Source: Alphaproteobacteria bacterium (GTDB lineage: Bacteria > Pseudomonadota > Alphaproteobacteria > UBA828). From it: DNA of 64,000 nt. The notes beneath the pieces are model-generated. The model was given only the letters and a program-made list of their open reading frames with translations. It was not told the origin of the DNA and did not search any database. Location of the stretch: the NCBI GenBank assembly GCA_965214705.1, contig OZ243972.1, forward strand, positions 1,856,001-1,920,000, given 5' to 3'. This document shows, in pieces, positions 32,101 through 41,579 of this stretch. The position numbers and the translations under genes are program-made. Numbering within the stretch: position 1 is the stretch's first letter; the number at the start of each line of letters is the position of its first letter.

Positions 32101-32232
32101 ACGGATCGCGGAGCGGGGTCGGGCACGGCGAAGGATCGCGGGACAGAGACAGCCCCGTCGAAATCGCCCGCGAAGGAACCCGAAGCGCCGATCCGGGACC
32201 GCGGGAAGGGAGGCATGGACCTTGGATTGTGA
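29155..32232 (+). CDS. trwC: MobF TrwC-like relaxase-helicase of the backbone conjugative element
   Basis: YYERDGYY, DLTFSAPKSVS, DPQLHTH, GYAGTGKT; directly follows the T4CP. Confidence 0.93.
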   Translation: MLSIGALSSAAQGASYYERDGYYAKDDPEHREASGWAGKGAEELGLEGPVDPGTFKAVLGGKVPDGSGTELGRRGKDGEILHRPGRDLTFSAPKSVSLAALVGGDRRIVDVHDRAVAAALDWVERNAAETRMKDPETGRMVRAGNQKIVAATFRHDTSRNLDPQLHTHAVLANMVKGEDGKWRSMANEKLYGSKMLLGALYRSELAHGLKDLGYDIEKTHADGRFEIAGVSREAIEAFSSRRAEIEAAMEERGLGASGDNPRIAERAALMTRAKKRDIDRDELRGVWQRQAADLGLDAGALVAGAVERSVSPEREWAVEPGTEPGGPREPEAPVLPDVENVRDGSAAATHAPPEERAPVREDGGAPERAAAADTAPGSPAAKAVAWAMAHLSERAAVFSRGDLFTAALTQAPGAVLVGDVEREVAALEKAGALHAVDMPGAENSLATEKTAGEERETVALMQTGQGRGRSPMRGWQVQGHLNKGPLTAGQKEAVKLILGAKDRTVGVQGYAGTGKTTMLDRARTLAEKKGWRMAGLAPSASAVQTLAAEAGIESETLQRFLARNAGVAEGRLTNRGAKEMRAAFAKTILVVDEGSLASTVQARDLLRIANEFRIPRVVLVGDAKQLDAVDAGKPFAQLQAAGMKTAVMDEIMRQRDPELKQAVEASLAGEIGRAFDKLGNNVAAVKADNIAGAVAARWLGLSNEARENTGVMAPSHELRQAINGHIRERLAREGRLHGPAMQAERLVSKGYTNAEKSLAGNYAMGDVVAFHRPYKRIGVEKGDERRVAGVDHKAGAVMLDDGKGGKVAWKPEEIGGRRGGSEVYRAEEIELRAGDRIRWTRNDAGLGLVNSRTADVIAVKDGQVTFRLEDGKTLELGKGDPQLRHLDHAWASTVHAFQGRTVDNVIAAMEARHPHLTTQKSFYVEISRARDRAELVTDDAAELQAQLQAVTGERIAALEGIGEMKREAADRAADAALGAEHGTDRGAGSGTAKDRGTETAPSKSPAKEPEAPIRDRGKGGMDLGL

Positions 32233-32719
32233 CGGGATCGACGTACGGCACGGGTCCGGCCACGGGCGTCTGGCCGTGCTGATCGACGCGGAAAACGCCA
32301 GCGCGCGGCATGCGCGGGTCGTGTTCGAGGCCGCCAGGAGGCTCGGCGAGGCCACGGTGCGGCGCATCTACGGCGACTTCTCGGGCGGACGCCTTGCCTC
32401 GTGGAACGCCGCGATCGCCACGTATTCGATCGTGCCGTGCCATCAGCCGGCCCATGTGCGCGGCAAGAACGCTGCCGACATCGCGCTCGCGGTGGACGCG
32501 ATGGACCTGATGTACAGGGAGCGGCTGGACGGTTTCGCGCTGGTGACCAGCGACAGCGACTTCACCCGGCTCGCCCAGCGGCTGCGCGAGGGCGGGCTCG
32601 CGGTCTTCGGGTTCGGGGAATGCAAGACGCCGCGGGCGTTCCGCGCCGCCTGCAACGGCTTCGAGATCCTCGGGAAGGCCCGGAACGGGGCGCGCGAACC
32701 GGGGCAGCAGTTCTTCTAG
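32222..32719 (+). CDS. NYN/LabA (PIN-fold) domain protein
   Basis: LIDAENA, RRIYGD, GKNAADIALAVDAMD, TSDSDF. Confidence 0.85.
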   Translation: MDCDGIDVRHGSGHGRLAVLIDAENASARHARVVFEAARRLGEATVRRIYGDFSGGRLASWNAAIATYSIVPCHQPAHVRGKNAADIALAVDAMDLMYRERLDGFALVTSDSDFTRLAQRLREGGLAVFGFGECKTPRAFRAACNGFEILGKARNGAREPGQQFF

Positions 32720-33125
32720 GAGGCCGCGGAGATGAGTGAAGAGGTCCGCAACGAGGCCGCCGCGGGCGAAAATGCAGCCGAAAAGTCGGGCGACGTCCGC
32801 AAGACGAGGGGCATTCGCTTCTCGGAATCGGAGTGGGAGGAGGTCAAGAAGGCCGCTGCCGCCCATGAAATGCCGGCCGCGGAGTTCGTCCGCGAGCGGA
32901 TTCTCGCTCTCGCGCGGGCGCCGGCGAGCGTCGAAATGGGCGCGGTCGCGGGTTCGATGGCGCCGCTGGTCGAGCGAATGTTCCGCTACGTCTGGTTCCT
33001 GGCGACCGAGAAGCGCGACGCGATGGTCCGCGAAGGGCGCGAGGACGAGGTCGACCGGCTGATCGCGGAGGCCCGCGCCTTCCAGCAATCGCTCCGTAAG
33101 CGCTGCGAGCGCCCCACCCTGCTTT

Positions 33126-34781
33126 TCAGCTTGACGCCGGGTCGAAGTTCCAGGGCAGGAGTTCGTCGATTTTGGATTGGGGGTGGCCGGCGGCGATCTT
33201 CTCCAGCGTGCTCTTGAGCCAGGCGTAGGGCTCGACCCCATTCATCTTGCAGGTCTCGATCAGCGAAGCGATCCGGCCCCAAGAGATAGCGCCTTCGTCG
33301 TGGCCGGCGAACAACGCGTTCTTGGCCGTGAGTTTGATCGGACGGATTCGGTTCTCGACGAAGTTGCTGTCCATCTCGACGCGCCCGTCGTACAGGAACT
33401 CCAGCAACCCCTCCCACTGGTTGGCGATGTAGGTCAGCTTCTCGCCGAGGCGCGAGCGCGGCGAGACCAGCGAGCGCTGCTCGTCGAGCCAGACGCCGAA
33501 GGCGTTCACCAGCGGCGCGGACTCGGTCCATCGAACGAACTGGCGCGTCGCCGGCGGCTCGCCCCGGATCTTATCTTCGATCCTGTAGAGCTGAGCGATG
33601 CGCTCCAGACCGGCCTTGGCGATCGGCGAGGCGTTGCTGTCGAACACCTCCTTGAGGCCGCGCCTGGCGTGGACCCAGCACGCCGCGAGCGTCAGTGCTC
33701 CTCCGGATCGATCCGGCCGGCGCAGCCGGTTGTGGCCGGAATAGCCGTCGACCTGCACCGTTCCCTTGAAGCCCGCGAGCAGCTTCTCGCCATGCTTGCC
33801 GCTGCGGCTGGGCGCATAATCGTACACCACGCCCGGCGGATCGGCCCCGCACCATGCCCGCTCGTCGCGCGCCATCGTCCACATGTAGCCGGTCTTGGTC
33901 TTGCCCCGGCCCGGGTCGAGAACCCGAACCGTGGTCTCGTCCAGGCCGAGGTTGCTCGACGTCTTCAACTCCCCCTTCAGGCAGTCGAACACGGGCCGCA
34001 GGTGGAACGACGCCTTGCCGACCCACTCGGCCAGCGTCGAACGGTGCAGCTCGATGCCCGAGCGGGCGTAGATCTGCGATTGCCGGTACAGCGGGAGGTG
34101 GTCCGCGAACTTCGACACCAGCACGTGGGCGAGCATGCCCTCGGTGGGCAGCCCGCCCTCGATGAGGTGCGCCGGCGCCGGCGCCTGGGTGACGCCTTCC
34201 TCGCAACTGCGGCAGGCGTACTTCGGCCGGATCGTGACGATGACCTGAAGTTGCGCCGGAACGATGTTGAGCCGCTCGGTGCGGTCCTCGCCGATCTTCA
34301 CCATCTCACCGCAGCCGCACGGGCACAGCCTGCTCTCGGGCTCGACAACCTCGTAGGTGCGCGGCAAGTGGGCCGGCAGATGACCGATGTTGCGTTCCGC
34401 AGCGGGGCGCTTCGCGCGCGGCGGCCGCGTCGTGCTCGCCGGGGTCTCTTCCTCGGCCTCGGCAAGCGCGCCTTCGAGCTCCTCGAAGGCGAGCAGGAGC
34501 TGGTCGGGATGGAGCTTCTCGGACTTCTTCCCGAACATCGCCCGGCGCAACTCGTTGAGCAGATGTTCAAGACGCTGGTTCTGCTCGGTGAGCGAGGCGA
34601 CCTTGGCGCGCAGGGTCTCGACCGCCGCTTCCGGGTCTTGCTCCTCGAGACGGCGGTTGCGAGCGCTCAGCGCCGCATTCTCGGCGCGAAGCGCCTCAAG
34701 AGCCGCCTGCTGCGCCTCGAACAGCGCCCGGTAGGGGCGTGCGAGCGCGCCGAGATCGACGTTGCCGGTGCCCGTCTCCAT
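33126..34781 (-). CDS. tnpC: IS66 transposase TnpC
   Basis: MFGKKSEK, CPCGC, LDETT, CWVHARR. Confidence 0.93.
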   Translation of the reverse strand: METGTGNVDLGALARPYRALFEAQQAALEALRAENAALSARNRRLEEQDPEAAVETLRAKVASLTEQNQRLEHLLNELRRAMFGKKSEKLHPDQLLLAFEELEGALAEAEEETPASTTRPPRAKRPAAERNIGHLPAHLPRTYEVVEPESRLCPCGCGEMVKIGEDRTERLNIVPAQLQVIVTIRPKYACRSCEEGVTQAPAPAHLIEGGLPTEGMLAHVLVSKFADHLPLYRQSQIYARSGIELHRSTLAEWVGKASFHLRPVFDCLKGELKTSSNLGLDETTVRVLDPGRGKTKTGYMWTMARDERAWCGADPPGVVYDYAPSRSGKHGEKLLAGFKGTVQVDGYSGHNRLRRPDRSGGALTLAACWVHARRGLKEVFDSNASPIAKAGLERIAQLYRIEDKIRGEPPATRQFVRWTESAPLVNAFGVWLDEQRSLVSPRSRLGEKLTYIANQWEGLLEFLYDGRVEMDSNFVENRIRPIKLTAKNALFAGHDEGAISWGRIASLIETCKMNGVEPYAWLKSTLEKIAAGHPQSKIDELLPWNFDPASS

Positions 34782-34855
34782 CGCAGAATACTATCACGGA
34801 ATCAGCTACTTAGTAAAGAAGAGAGAGCGCAAAAGTGGGCTGTGCCGCCCCTGCA

Positions 34856-35209
34856 TCACGCCGCCGCAAGCGGCTTGCGCGCCCGCCGGCTCCACACCCG
34901 GCGCCAGTCCAGGCCCTCGAACAGCGCCTCGAATTGCGCGCGCGACAGACGCATCGTGCCGTCGCGAACCGTGGGCCAGGCAAAGCGGCTCTCCTCCAGA
35001 CGCTTGTGCGCCAACACCAAGCCCGTGCCGTCCCACCACAGCACCTTGATCCGGTCCGCGCGCTTGCAGCGAAACACCACGACAAGCCCCGAATAGGGGT
35101 CCAGACCGAGATCGCTCGCGACGATCGCAGCAAGCCCGTCGTGCTGCTTCCTGAAATCAACCGGCCGCGTCGCCACCACGATCCGCAGGCCGGAGCCCGG
35201 AACGATCAT
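34856..35209 (-). CDS. tnpB: IS66 TnpB
   Basis: PVDFRKQHDGL, WWDGTG, KRLE. Confidence 0.93.
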   Translation of the reverse strand: MIVPGSGLRIVVATRPVDFRKQHDGLAAIVASDLGLDPYSGLVVVFRCKRADRIKVLWWDGTGLVLAHKRLEESRFAWPTVRDGTMRLSRAQFEALFEGLDWRRVWSRRARKPLAAA

Positions 35210-35724
35210 CGAAGCGCTCGCAACGCCGAGGCGATCGACGTGATGCGCACCGTGCTCACGTCGCCGTCGAGGCGTACCGTCACGCCGCGTGCCTCGATCG
35301 AGACCGAGCCCACATGGGCAGGTGCGGGGGCAGACTCCACCTCAACGGTGGCAAACGGTCCCTCGCTCGGCGCCGCCGGGGGAACCACGAGCTCGCCCTT
35401 GCGAGCCAGCTTGCGCCAGTACGAAAGCCGACGAGGGGGTACCCCGTGGCGCTCGGCCACCTCCTCTACGGTCGTCCCCCGCTCAAAACTCTCTTGAACG
35501 AAGCCGCTACGCGGAGTTAGCGGCGTAGAGTTCATTCATTTCCGAGGCGTCGCGGGTGCCGTTTGTTCTGTGCGTTCGCTTCCCGGTTGCGTCAGTGGCG
35601 CTCCGCCCGTCGGGTGGCGGATCCCCAGCAGCCTCCCGATCACCAGTGGTTAGCATCGACCCCTGCGACGGACCGTCGCCGGATCGGTCCGGCGGCGCGC
35701 CGTCGCGATCCAGGGAGATCGATA

Positions 35725-36603
35725 ATGACCGGGACCGCGTGCGACACGAACACCGTCACCCCTCTTCGCCAGCGCATGGAGGAGCAGCTCCGCATCGCCA
35801 ATCTGGCCGCGAGCACGTCCAAGGCCTACATCTGCGAGATCAAGAACCTGGCCAGGTACTACGACGCCTCGCCGGACGAGCTCGACGCCGAGCAGGTGCG
35901 CCAGTGGTACCTGGGGCGGATCGACAAGGGGCTCAGTCCGGGCACGACCAACGTCTCCTTCGCCGCGCTGAACTTCCTCTACATCGACACACTCGGCTGG
36001 CCTGACCATGTCGCCGGCCTGCGCTCCCGCAAGAAGCCCGGCAAGCTGCCGCGCTACATGTCGGAGCAGGAGGTCGAGCACCTCATCCTTGCGACACCCG
36101 ACCTCCGCCACCGTGCTGCCATTGTCACCGGCTATGGCGGCGGGCTCCGCATCTCCGAGACCTTGGCCATCAAGGTCGGCGACATCCTGTCGGAGAAGAA
36201 GCTGCTGCACATCCCCTCCGGCAAAGGCGGCACCGAGAGAATGGCACCGTTGCCGGACATCGTCATCCACTACTTGCGCGTCTACTACAGGAACATCTGG
36301 CCGCGTCCGACGAACTGGCTCTTCTACGGCGTCTCGCTCGACAGGCCCATCGCAACGGAGACCTTGCAGGCCGCCTTCAGGAGGGCGCGCGACATTGCCG
36401 AGCTCGACCGCAGCTACACCTTCCATTGCCTGCGCCATTCGGCGGCGACCCATCTCCTCGAGCGCGGCGGCGATATCGAGGTGATCCGGGACATGCTCGG
36501 CCATCGAAGCGCGAACACGACCCGTCACTACGCCCGCGTCACCGGCAAGATGTTCGAGGGCCTCGACCACCCGATCTCAGGCTTCGCAGCGTTGCGCAAC
36601 TGA
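35725..36603 (+). CDS. Tyrosine recombinase (copy C)
   Basis: Same protein as copy B. Confidence 0.92.
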   Translation: MTGTACDTNTVTPLRQRMEEQLRIANLAASTSKAYICEIKNLARYYDASPDELDAEQVRQWYLGRIDKGLSPGTTNVSFAALNFLYIDTLGWPDHVAGLRSRKKPGKLPRYMSEQEVEHLILATPDLRHRAAIVTGYGGGLRISETLAIKVGDILSEKKLLHIPSGKGGTERMAPLPDIVIHYLRVYYRNIWPRPTNWLFYGVSLDRPIATETLQAAFRRARDIAELDRSYTFHCLRHSAATHLLERGGDIEVIRDMLGHRSANTTRHYARVTGKMFEGLDHPISGFAALRN

Positions 36604-36609
36604 CGGCGC

Positions 36610-37851
36610 GTGGAGGCCGAACGCGCGGGCGTGGCGGAGATCTTCCGCCGCGCCGGCGCCGCTTTCCGTGAGCGCCACAAAGGGCGCATCGACGCCGCCC
36701 GGCTCAAGGTCATGGGCGCCATCGAGGCGTGCCGCACCGCCGTGCTCGGCGGCCACATGTACGCCTGCGAGGGCTGCGGGCGCGAGCATCCGCTCTTCAA
36801 CTCCTGCCGCAACCGCCACTGCCCCACCTGCCAGGGTCTCGCCGCCAACCTCTGGAGCGAGGAGCGCGCCGGGGACATCCTGCCGGTGCCCTACTTCCAT
36901 GTGGTCTTCACCCTGCCCAAGGAGGTTGCCGCCATTGCCTTCTGCAACCGCAGGGTGGTGTTCGACATCCTCTTCCGGGCCGTCGCCGAGACCCTGCGCA
37001 CCATCGCCGCCGATCCCCGCCACGGCGGCATGCGCATCGGCGGCACCGCGGTCCTCCATACCTGGGATCAGAAGCTCCGCTTCCACCCGCACCTGCACGT
37101 GGTCGTGCCCAACGCGGGCTTCGACGTAGACAGTGGCGAGTGGAAGACGGGGAGCACCACCTTCCTCGCCCCCGTCAAGGTCCTCGGCAGCCTGTTCCGC
37201 CGCCTCTTCCTCAAGGAGCTCGCCCGCGCCCACGGCCGGGGGGACCTGGAGTTCCACGGCACCCTCGCCCACCTCGCCAATCCCGGCGAGTTCCACGCCA
37301 CGCTTGCCGCCGCCCGGGCCAGGGACTGGGTGGTCTACGCCAAGCGGCCCTTCCGCGGGCCTGAGCAGGTCTTCCGGTACCTCTCGCACTACACGCACAG
37401 GATCGCCATCTCCGACAGCCGCATCGTCTCCTTCGACGGCGAGACGGTCTCCTTCCGCCACCGAAAGCCCAAGGCGCCGGGGCAGAGAAAGCCGCGCTAC
37501 GGCATCGCCACCGTGAGCGCCGACGAGTTCATCCGCCGCTTCCTGAGGCACGTCCTGCCGGACGGCATGCACCGCATTCGCTACTTCGGCATCCTCGCCA
37601 ACGGCTGCCGCGCCAGCACGCTGGAGAGAGCACGCCAGGCTCTCGGCGCCCTCGGCTGCGCCGCCCCCGAGGGAAGCGTGGACGGCGCTCGGGCCGAGCC
37701 CGACGAAGAGCCCGAGATCGGCACCGCGCCCGTGGCCTGCCCCCACTGCGGCGGCGTCATGCGCCTCGTCCGCGAAATCCGCCGCCGCCATGAGCCCCGC
37801 TCGACGCGCGGCCCGCCGGCGCTGCCGCCGACCCACAGGGGGAAACCGTGA
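36610..37851 (+). CDS. IS91-family HUH/Y2 transposase (copy C)
   Basis: HPHLH, YLSHY, Zn motifs. Confidence 0.93.
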   Translation: MEAERAGVAEIFRRAGAAFRERHKGRIDAARLKVMGAIEACRTAVLGGHMYACEGCGREHPLFNSCRNRHCPTCQGLAANLWSEERAGDILPVPYFHVVFTLPKEVAAIAFCNRRVVFDILFRAVAETLRTIAADPRHGGMRIGGTAVLHTWDQKLRFHPHLHVVVPNAGFDVDSGEWKTGSTTFLAPVKVLGSLFRRLFLKELARAHGRGDLEFHGTLAHLANPGEFHATLAAARARDWVVYAKRPFRGPEQVFRYLSHYTHRIAISDSRIVSFDGETVSFRHRKPKAPGQRKPRYGIATVSADEFIRRFLRHVLPDGMHRIRYFGILANGCRASTLERARQALGALGCAAPEGSVDGARAEPDEEPEIGTAPVACPHCGGVMRLVREIRRRHEPRSTRGPPALPPTHRGKP

Positions 37852-38536
37852 GACGCCCGCTCGCTTCGGCCCCGCGCAACGGCGCCAAAGCGCCGACGCA
37901 CGACCGAACCTGTCTCCGCTTGAGCCGGGCTGACAGCCCTCGGCTCACACCCCGCTCAGTCCTCGCAGCGTGCGCCCGCATGCCTGCCGAAAGACCGGCG
38001 CGAGCGTCGATTTTATGCGCAACTCTGCTGCCGGTGGATGCCGCCTGACGCTGACATCAGCGCACTTTCCACATAGCTCAACTTCGCCTCTCGTGGCCCG
38101 CGGCTTCGTTCAAAAGGGTTGGGCAGGCTCTCGAGAGAGAGCCTGCCCAACCCTTAACCTTGGACGATCCACGCCTTCTCTTCGTCCGACCACTCTCGCT
38201 GACGCGCGCCGTCCTGCGAACCCTCCGAGGCCTTGCTTGCCTCGTCCTCGTCGCCAACCTCTTCCTTCGCTTGTCGCGGAACCGACCCACGCAGAATATC
38301 GAAACCATCCATCGCATGATCCTCCACAGCCAGAGGATCATCGAACCTCATCACAGAGAAAGCCGTAAGGTGGGGCGCTCGCAGCGCTTACATCGCTCCG
38401 CCGGAACGCCAAGGACTGAGCCCGGCGGGCACCCGCGCGGGCGCATTGGTCCACCGCGCGAACCGATCTCCGACGAACGGCGGGCCTCCAGCGAGAGCTG
38501 CCAGGGCCGTCAGCCGGGCATCCCCTCCGCAATGCG

Positions 38537-38668
38537 CGTGTATCGGTCGTATGCCGGTCGGTGTTCGAAGCGTGTTTCGGCGTATGTCGGTCCGTGTATC
38601 GGTGGACGCATGCGGCGCCTGACGGCGCCCCAGGCATGACAAGCCGCGTGTATCGCACCGATACACGC
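38537..38668. promoter_or_regulatory. Cluster of CGTGTATCG boxes ending in a palindrome; putative protein-binding site
   Basis: Direct copies at 38537, 38571 (variant), 38593, 38647; palindrome gcgtgtatcg-cac-cgatacacgc. Confidence 0.5.
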
Positions 38669-39234
38669 TCGATCCAACAACAGTGAGGCGCCCGCAGGCG
38701 CCGTGAGGCGGACGTGGCGCACGCAGGGCGCCGCAAACGCGCGCAAGCGCCACCAGCATCATCGATGCGTCGGGTGTGAAAACCGAGGCCCGCCCCGGCG
38801 GGTCGAAAGCCTGATTCGCGCTGAACGGGGGATCGGGAAATCGACGCCGGGGAACCCGGCGGAGGGGAGCCGCCGCGGCGTGTGAGCGGACGGCCTCGGC
38901 GTCGCGAGCGAGGGCAGCGGTGCGAAGCACCGTGCCGAGCGGGCCGGCAGCACCGTCGGCAGTCATGCCGGCGGTGCTGCAACGGCGAGTGACGCGACGG
39001 CGGAACGGCGCGGCGACGGCGCCGAAGGCGGGAGCGCGCAGCGGGATGCCGGAGGCGTCCGGAGCGGTGCGAGCGGAAGCGAACGCACCGGCGAACGGCG
39101 AGCGACAGCGAGCCGGAGCACGAGCGCGGCGCGAAGCGCGCGCGAGGTGTCGGCGGTGCCGCGCGACCGATGTGCGAACGGGAAACGGGCCGCGCCGCCG
39201 CCGGAGCGACGACGCGGCCCGCGATGCGCTGCGG

Positions 39235-40341
39235 TCAGGCCGCGATGCGCTGGACCGGGATGCCGAGCTGCCGCGCCTTGTCGACGAGGTTCTCGGTGAT
39301 GCCGGAGCCGGGGAACGCGATGACGCCCTTCGGCAGGAGGTTCAGCAGTTCGTCGTTGCGGCGGAACGGGGCGGCGCGTCCGTGGCGGTCCCAGTCCGGC
39401 TTGCAGACGACCTGGTGGACGCCGTTGCGCTCTGCCCAGCTGGCCGCGATCTTCTCGACGCCGGGGCCGCCGCCATGCACGAGTACCATGTCGGCGTACT
39501 TCTCGCGGGCCTTGTCGAGGCGGGCGATGACGGCGGCCGGGTCGGCAACGTCCTTCCCGCCGGCGATGGCGATGAGCGTGCCGTCGGGGAGGTGCGCGGT
39601 GGTCTTGCGGTCCTTGCGGGCGCGCATGAAGTCGCGGGCGTCGATGGCGGCGGAAGTCAGATGCCCGGTGCGGCTGGCGTGCGAACCGTGGCGCGGACGC
39701 CAGACTTCGCCGGTGCGGGCACGGTAGGCTTCTGCGGCGCAGTCGCGGTAGATCTCCAGCGCGTCGCGGCGGTCGCTCATGTTGTGCGCCTTGTCGGTCA
39801 GCCGCTCCAGCTCGACGGACTTGACCTCGGAGCCGTCCTGCGCGCGCTGAAGGTCGCGAAGCTCGGGCTCCATCCGGTCCAGGGCGCGGTCCAGCCGCTG
39901 GGTCTGGGCGTGGAAGCAGTTGACCAGGCCCCAGATGAGGCTCTCGCGCTCGTCGGCCAGCTTGGTGCCGTCCGCGCACAGCCGTTCGGCGGCAAGGTCG
40001 ACGATCTCGTGCAGGATGCCGGGCAGGTGCGAGTCCTCGAACGCGGCGTGGAGGTCGGGCACGTCCAGCGGGTCGCCGGGATGCAGGTTGGGGTCCTGAT
40101 CGCTGCGCACCTTGTACGCGATGCGCCGGGTGCGCTTCTCGGCGAAGGTCAGCTCGCCATGGGGCCGGGTCTTGATGCGCTCGGGGGCTTCCCACAGGGG
40201 CCGGTTGTCGAACTCGTCCGGGCCGGGGGTCATGCCGAACAGCTCCGCGTGCTCGCAGGCGGTCGCGGTGGCGGACTGCCCGCCGGTCTCCATGGTGTCG
40301 ATATCGAAGGTCATGTCGATCTCCTTTGCGATCGGTTTCAC
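39235..40341 (-). CDS. DUF2493/YspA-like SLOG-domain plasmid protein
   Basis: C-terminal IAIAGG...LVHGG..G....A..WA...PDW.RHGRAAPFRRN...VIAFPGSGIT. Confidence 0.8.
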   Translation of the reverse strand: MKPIAKEIDMTFDIDTMETGGQSATATACEHAELFGMTPGPDEFDNRPLWEAPERIKTRPHGELTFAEKRTRRIAYKVRSDQDPNLHPGDPLDVPDLHAAFEDSHLPGILHEIVDLAAERLCADGTKLADERESLIWGLVNCFHAQTQRLDRALDRMEPELRDLQRAQDGSEVKSVELERLTDKAHNMSDRRDALEIYRDCAAEAYRARTGEVWRPRHGSHASRTGHLTSAAIDARDFMRARKDRKTTAHLPDGTLIAIAGGKDVADPAAVIARLDKAREKYADMVLVHGGGPGVEKIAASWAERNGVHQVVCKPDWDRHGRAAPFRRNDELLNLLPKGVIAFPGSGITENLVDKARQLGIPVQRIAA

Positions 40342-40909
40342 GTCCGGGGCCGATCCCCGATGTGATGTCCTTTTGGGGCACGCGCGCGCACCGCAGCCAC
40401 GCGGGGTTGGTGGAGCTTGGCGGCGGATCGGGGCGATGGTGCGGGCGCAAGGCCCTATCGGAGCTTAGGTTCGCGCTTGCGCGGGCCTTAGCGGAGGTTG
40501 GGTCTGAGCCACGGTCGCCCCGATCCGTTGCCTAGCGGAACCTCCCCGCGCCGCAGCGCAGCGGAGGACCCCGCCGGAGGCGGGGTTGGCGGAGGGAGCA
40601 CGTGTAGAAAAAATGGATACGAGAAAGTGGTTCTATACTGCGATTCGATATGCGATGGTCGTTCGTTAAAAAGTCAGTATATGAGAGGTTTATGCATATG
40701 ACAACTATGGAGTGAGAATTCTGAGTGCTATGGTGTGAGAGGCGTGTCGTGTTGATATCGTGACACTGGGGTGTTGAAAGAGAACGTGTAGAGGTTGTAA
40801 GCTGTGCTATATGGGATGCTGTCGTGATGCTGGATATGATAGGCATACGGTTGAACTACCTTATAGGGCGATATAGTGACGTTTCTTCCATAGGGAGGCG
40901 AACGGGCAG

Positions 40910-41242
40910 ATGGCGGCAAGACAAAAGGGCGAAAAGCGCAAGCAACGCTGGGTCGGTGCGACGGATGCCGAATGGGCTGAAATCAGCGAAGGCGCGCGAG
41001 CGGCAGGTTTGTCGAATTCCGACTACGTCATCCGGCGCCGCCTCGACGACAAGGCGCGGGCCGAACCGACCGATGTCGGTCTGCCCCCGCCGGTGCTGCA
41101 CCGCGCGGTGAAGGCGGTGTTGATCCTCGAGGAACTGCAAAGGCTGCGTCTCGTGAACGATGGCGAGATGGGCGAGGCGGTTTGGCAGAAGGCGGTTGCC
41201 AAGGTGGACGCCTGGATGAAGGGCGAGGGCGGTCTAGGATGA
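40910..41242 (+). CDS. RHH/MobC-like protein 1 (homolog of 26821-27192)
   Basis: ATDAEW...A...GLS.S.YVI.R.LD...LPP.VL.RAV. Confidence 0.7.
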   Translation: MAARQKGEKRKQRWVGATDAEWAEISEGARAAGLSNSDYVIRRRLDDKARAEPTDVGLPPPVLHRAVKAVLILEELQRLRLVNDGEMGEAVWQKAVAKVDAWMKGEGGLG

Positions 41243-41255
41243 AACGGCAGGGGCC

Positions 41256-41579
41256 GTGATCCTCGCGAAGAAGCGCTGCATCTACTGCTCGCCCGAGAGC
41301 TGGGAGAAGATACGGCGTCGGGCGAAGAAGGCGGGCATGAGTATTTCGGCCTTCGTCATTCTGTGCTGTCGCCAGGCGGCGAGCGCGAGCGCTCCTCCAG
41401 AACCGCCCGGTCATCCGCTGGCGCTTTCCGAGGACGCACAGCGTGGTATTTACGAGGAGAGCCGCCTCCTCGCCCGGTCGACGAAAGTCGTCATCGATGT
41501 GCAGGGAGACGGGAAGGTGACTCTGGCGCTGCACGAAGCGATGAGCATTTTGCTGCTCTGCGAAGAAGAGCGGGGGTGA
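41256..41579 (+). CDS. RHH/MobC-like protein 2 (homolog of 26513-26824)
   Basis: IYCSPESWEKIRRRAKKAGMSISAFV...HPLALSE. Confidence 0.7.
   Translation: MILAKKRCIYCSPESWEKIRRRAKKAGMSISAFVILCCRQAASASAPPEPPGHPLALSEDAQRGIYEESRLLARSTKVVIDVQGDGKVTLALHEAMSILLLCEEERG

Larger units (their letters stand above)
35494..38161 (+). mobile_element. Integrase + IS91-type element, copy C (intact, ~2.67 kb)
   Basis: Both ORFs intact; TT junctions; 14-bp asymmetric IR; 19-bp hairpin 38114-38155. Confidence 0.92.
35206..38318 (-). pseudogene. tnpA: IS66 TnpA split by copy C
   Basis: WSDEEKAWIVQ|ESFERGTTVEEVAERHG rejoined across the insertion. Confidence 0.85.
33096..38391 (-). mobile_element. IS66 element interrupted by integrase-IS91 copy C
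   Basis: Perfect IR gtaagcgctgcgagcgccccacc; TSD atcgctcc (33088-33095, 38392-38399). Confidence 0.94.
32732..38419 (+). pseudogene. RHH/MobC-like gene interrupted near its 3' end by IS66
   Basis: IRFSESEWEEVKKAA; native end QSLRRNAKD* resumes at 38400-38419. Confidence 0.7.

Noticed and set aside
28606-32367. Long antisense ORFs (also 394-1587, 4678-6990, 33177-35096, 46603-49149)
   Set aside because: High-GC shadows of well-supported genes on the opposite strand
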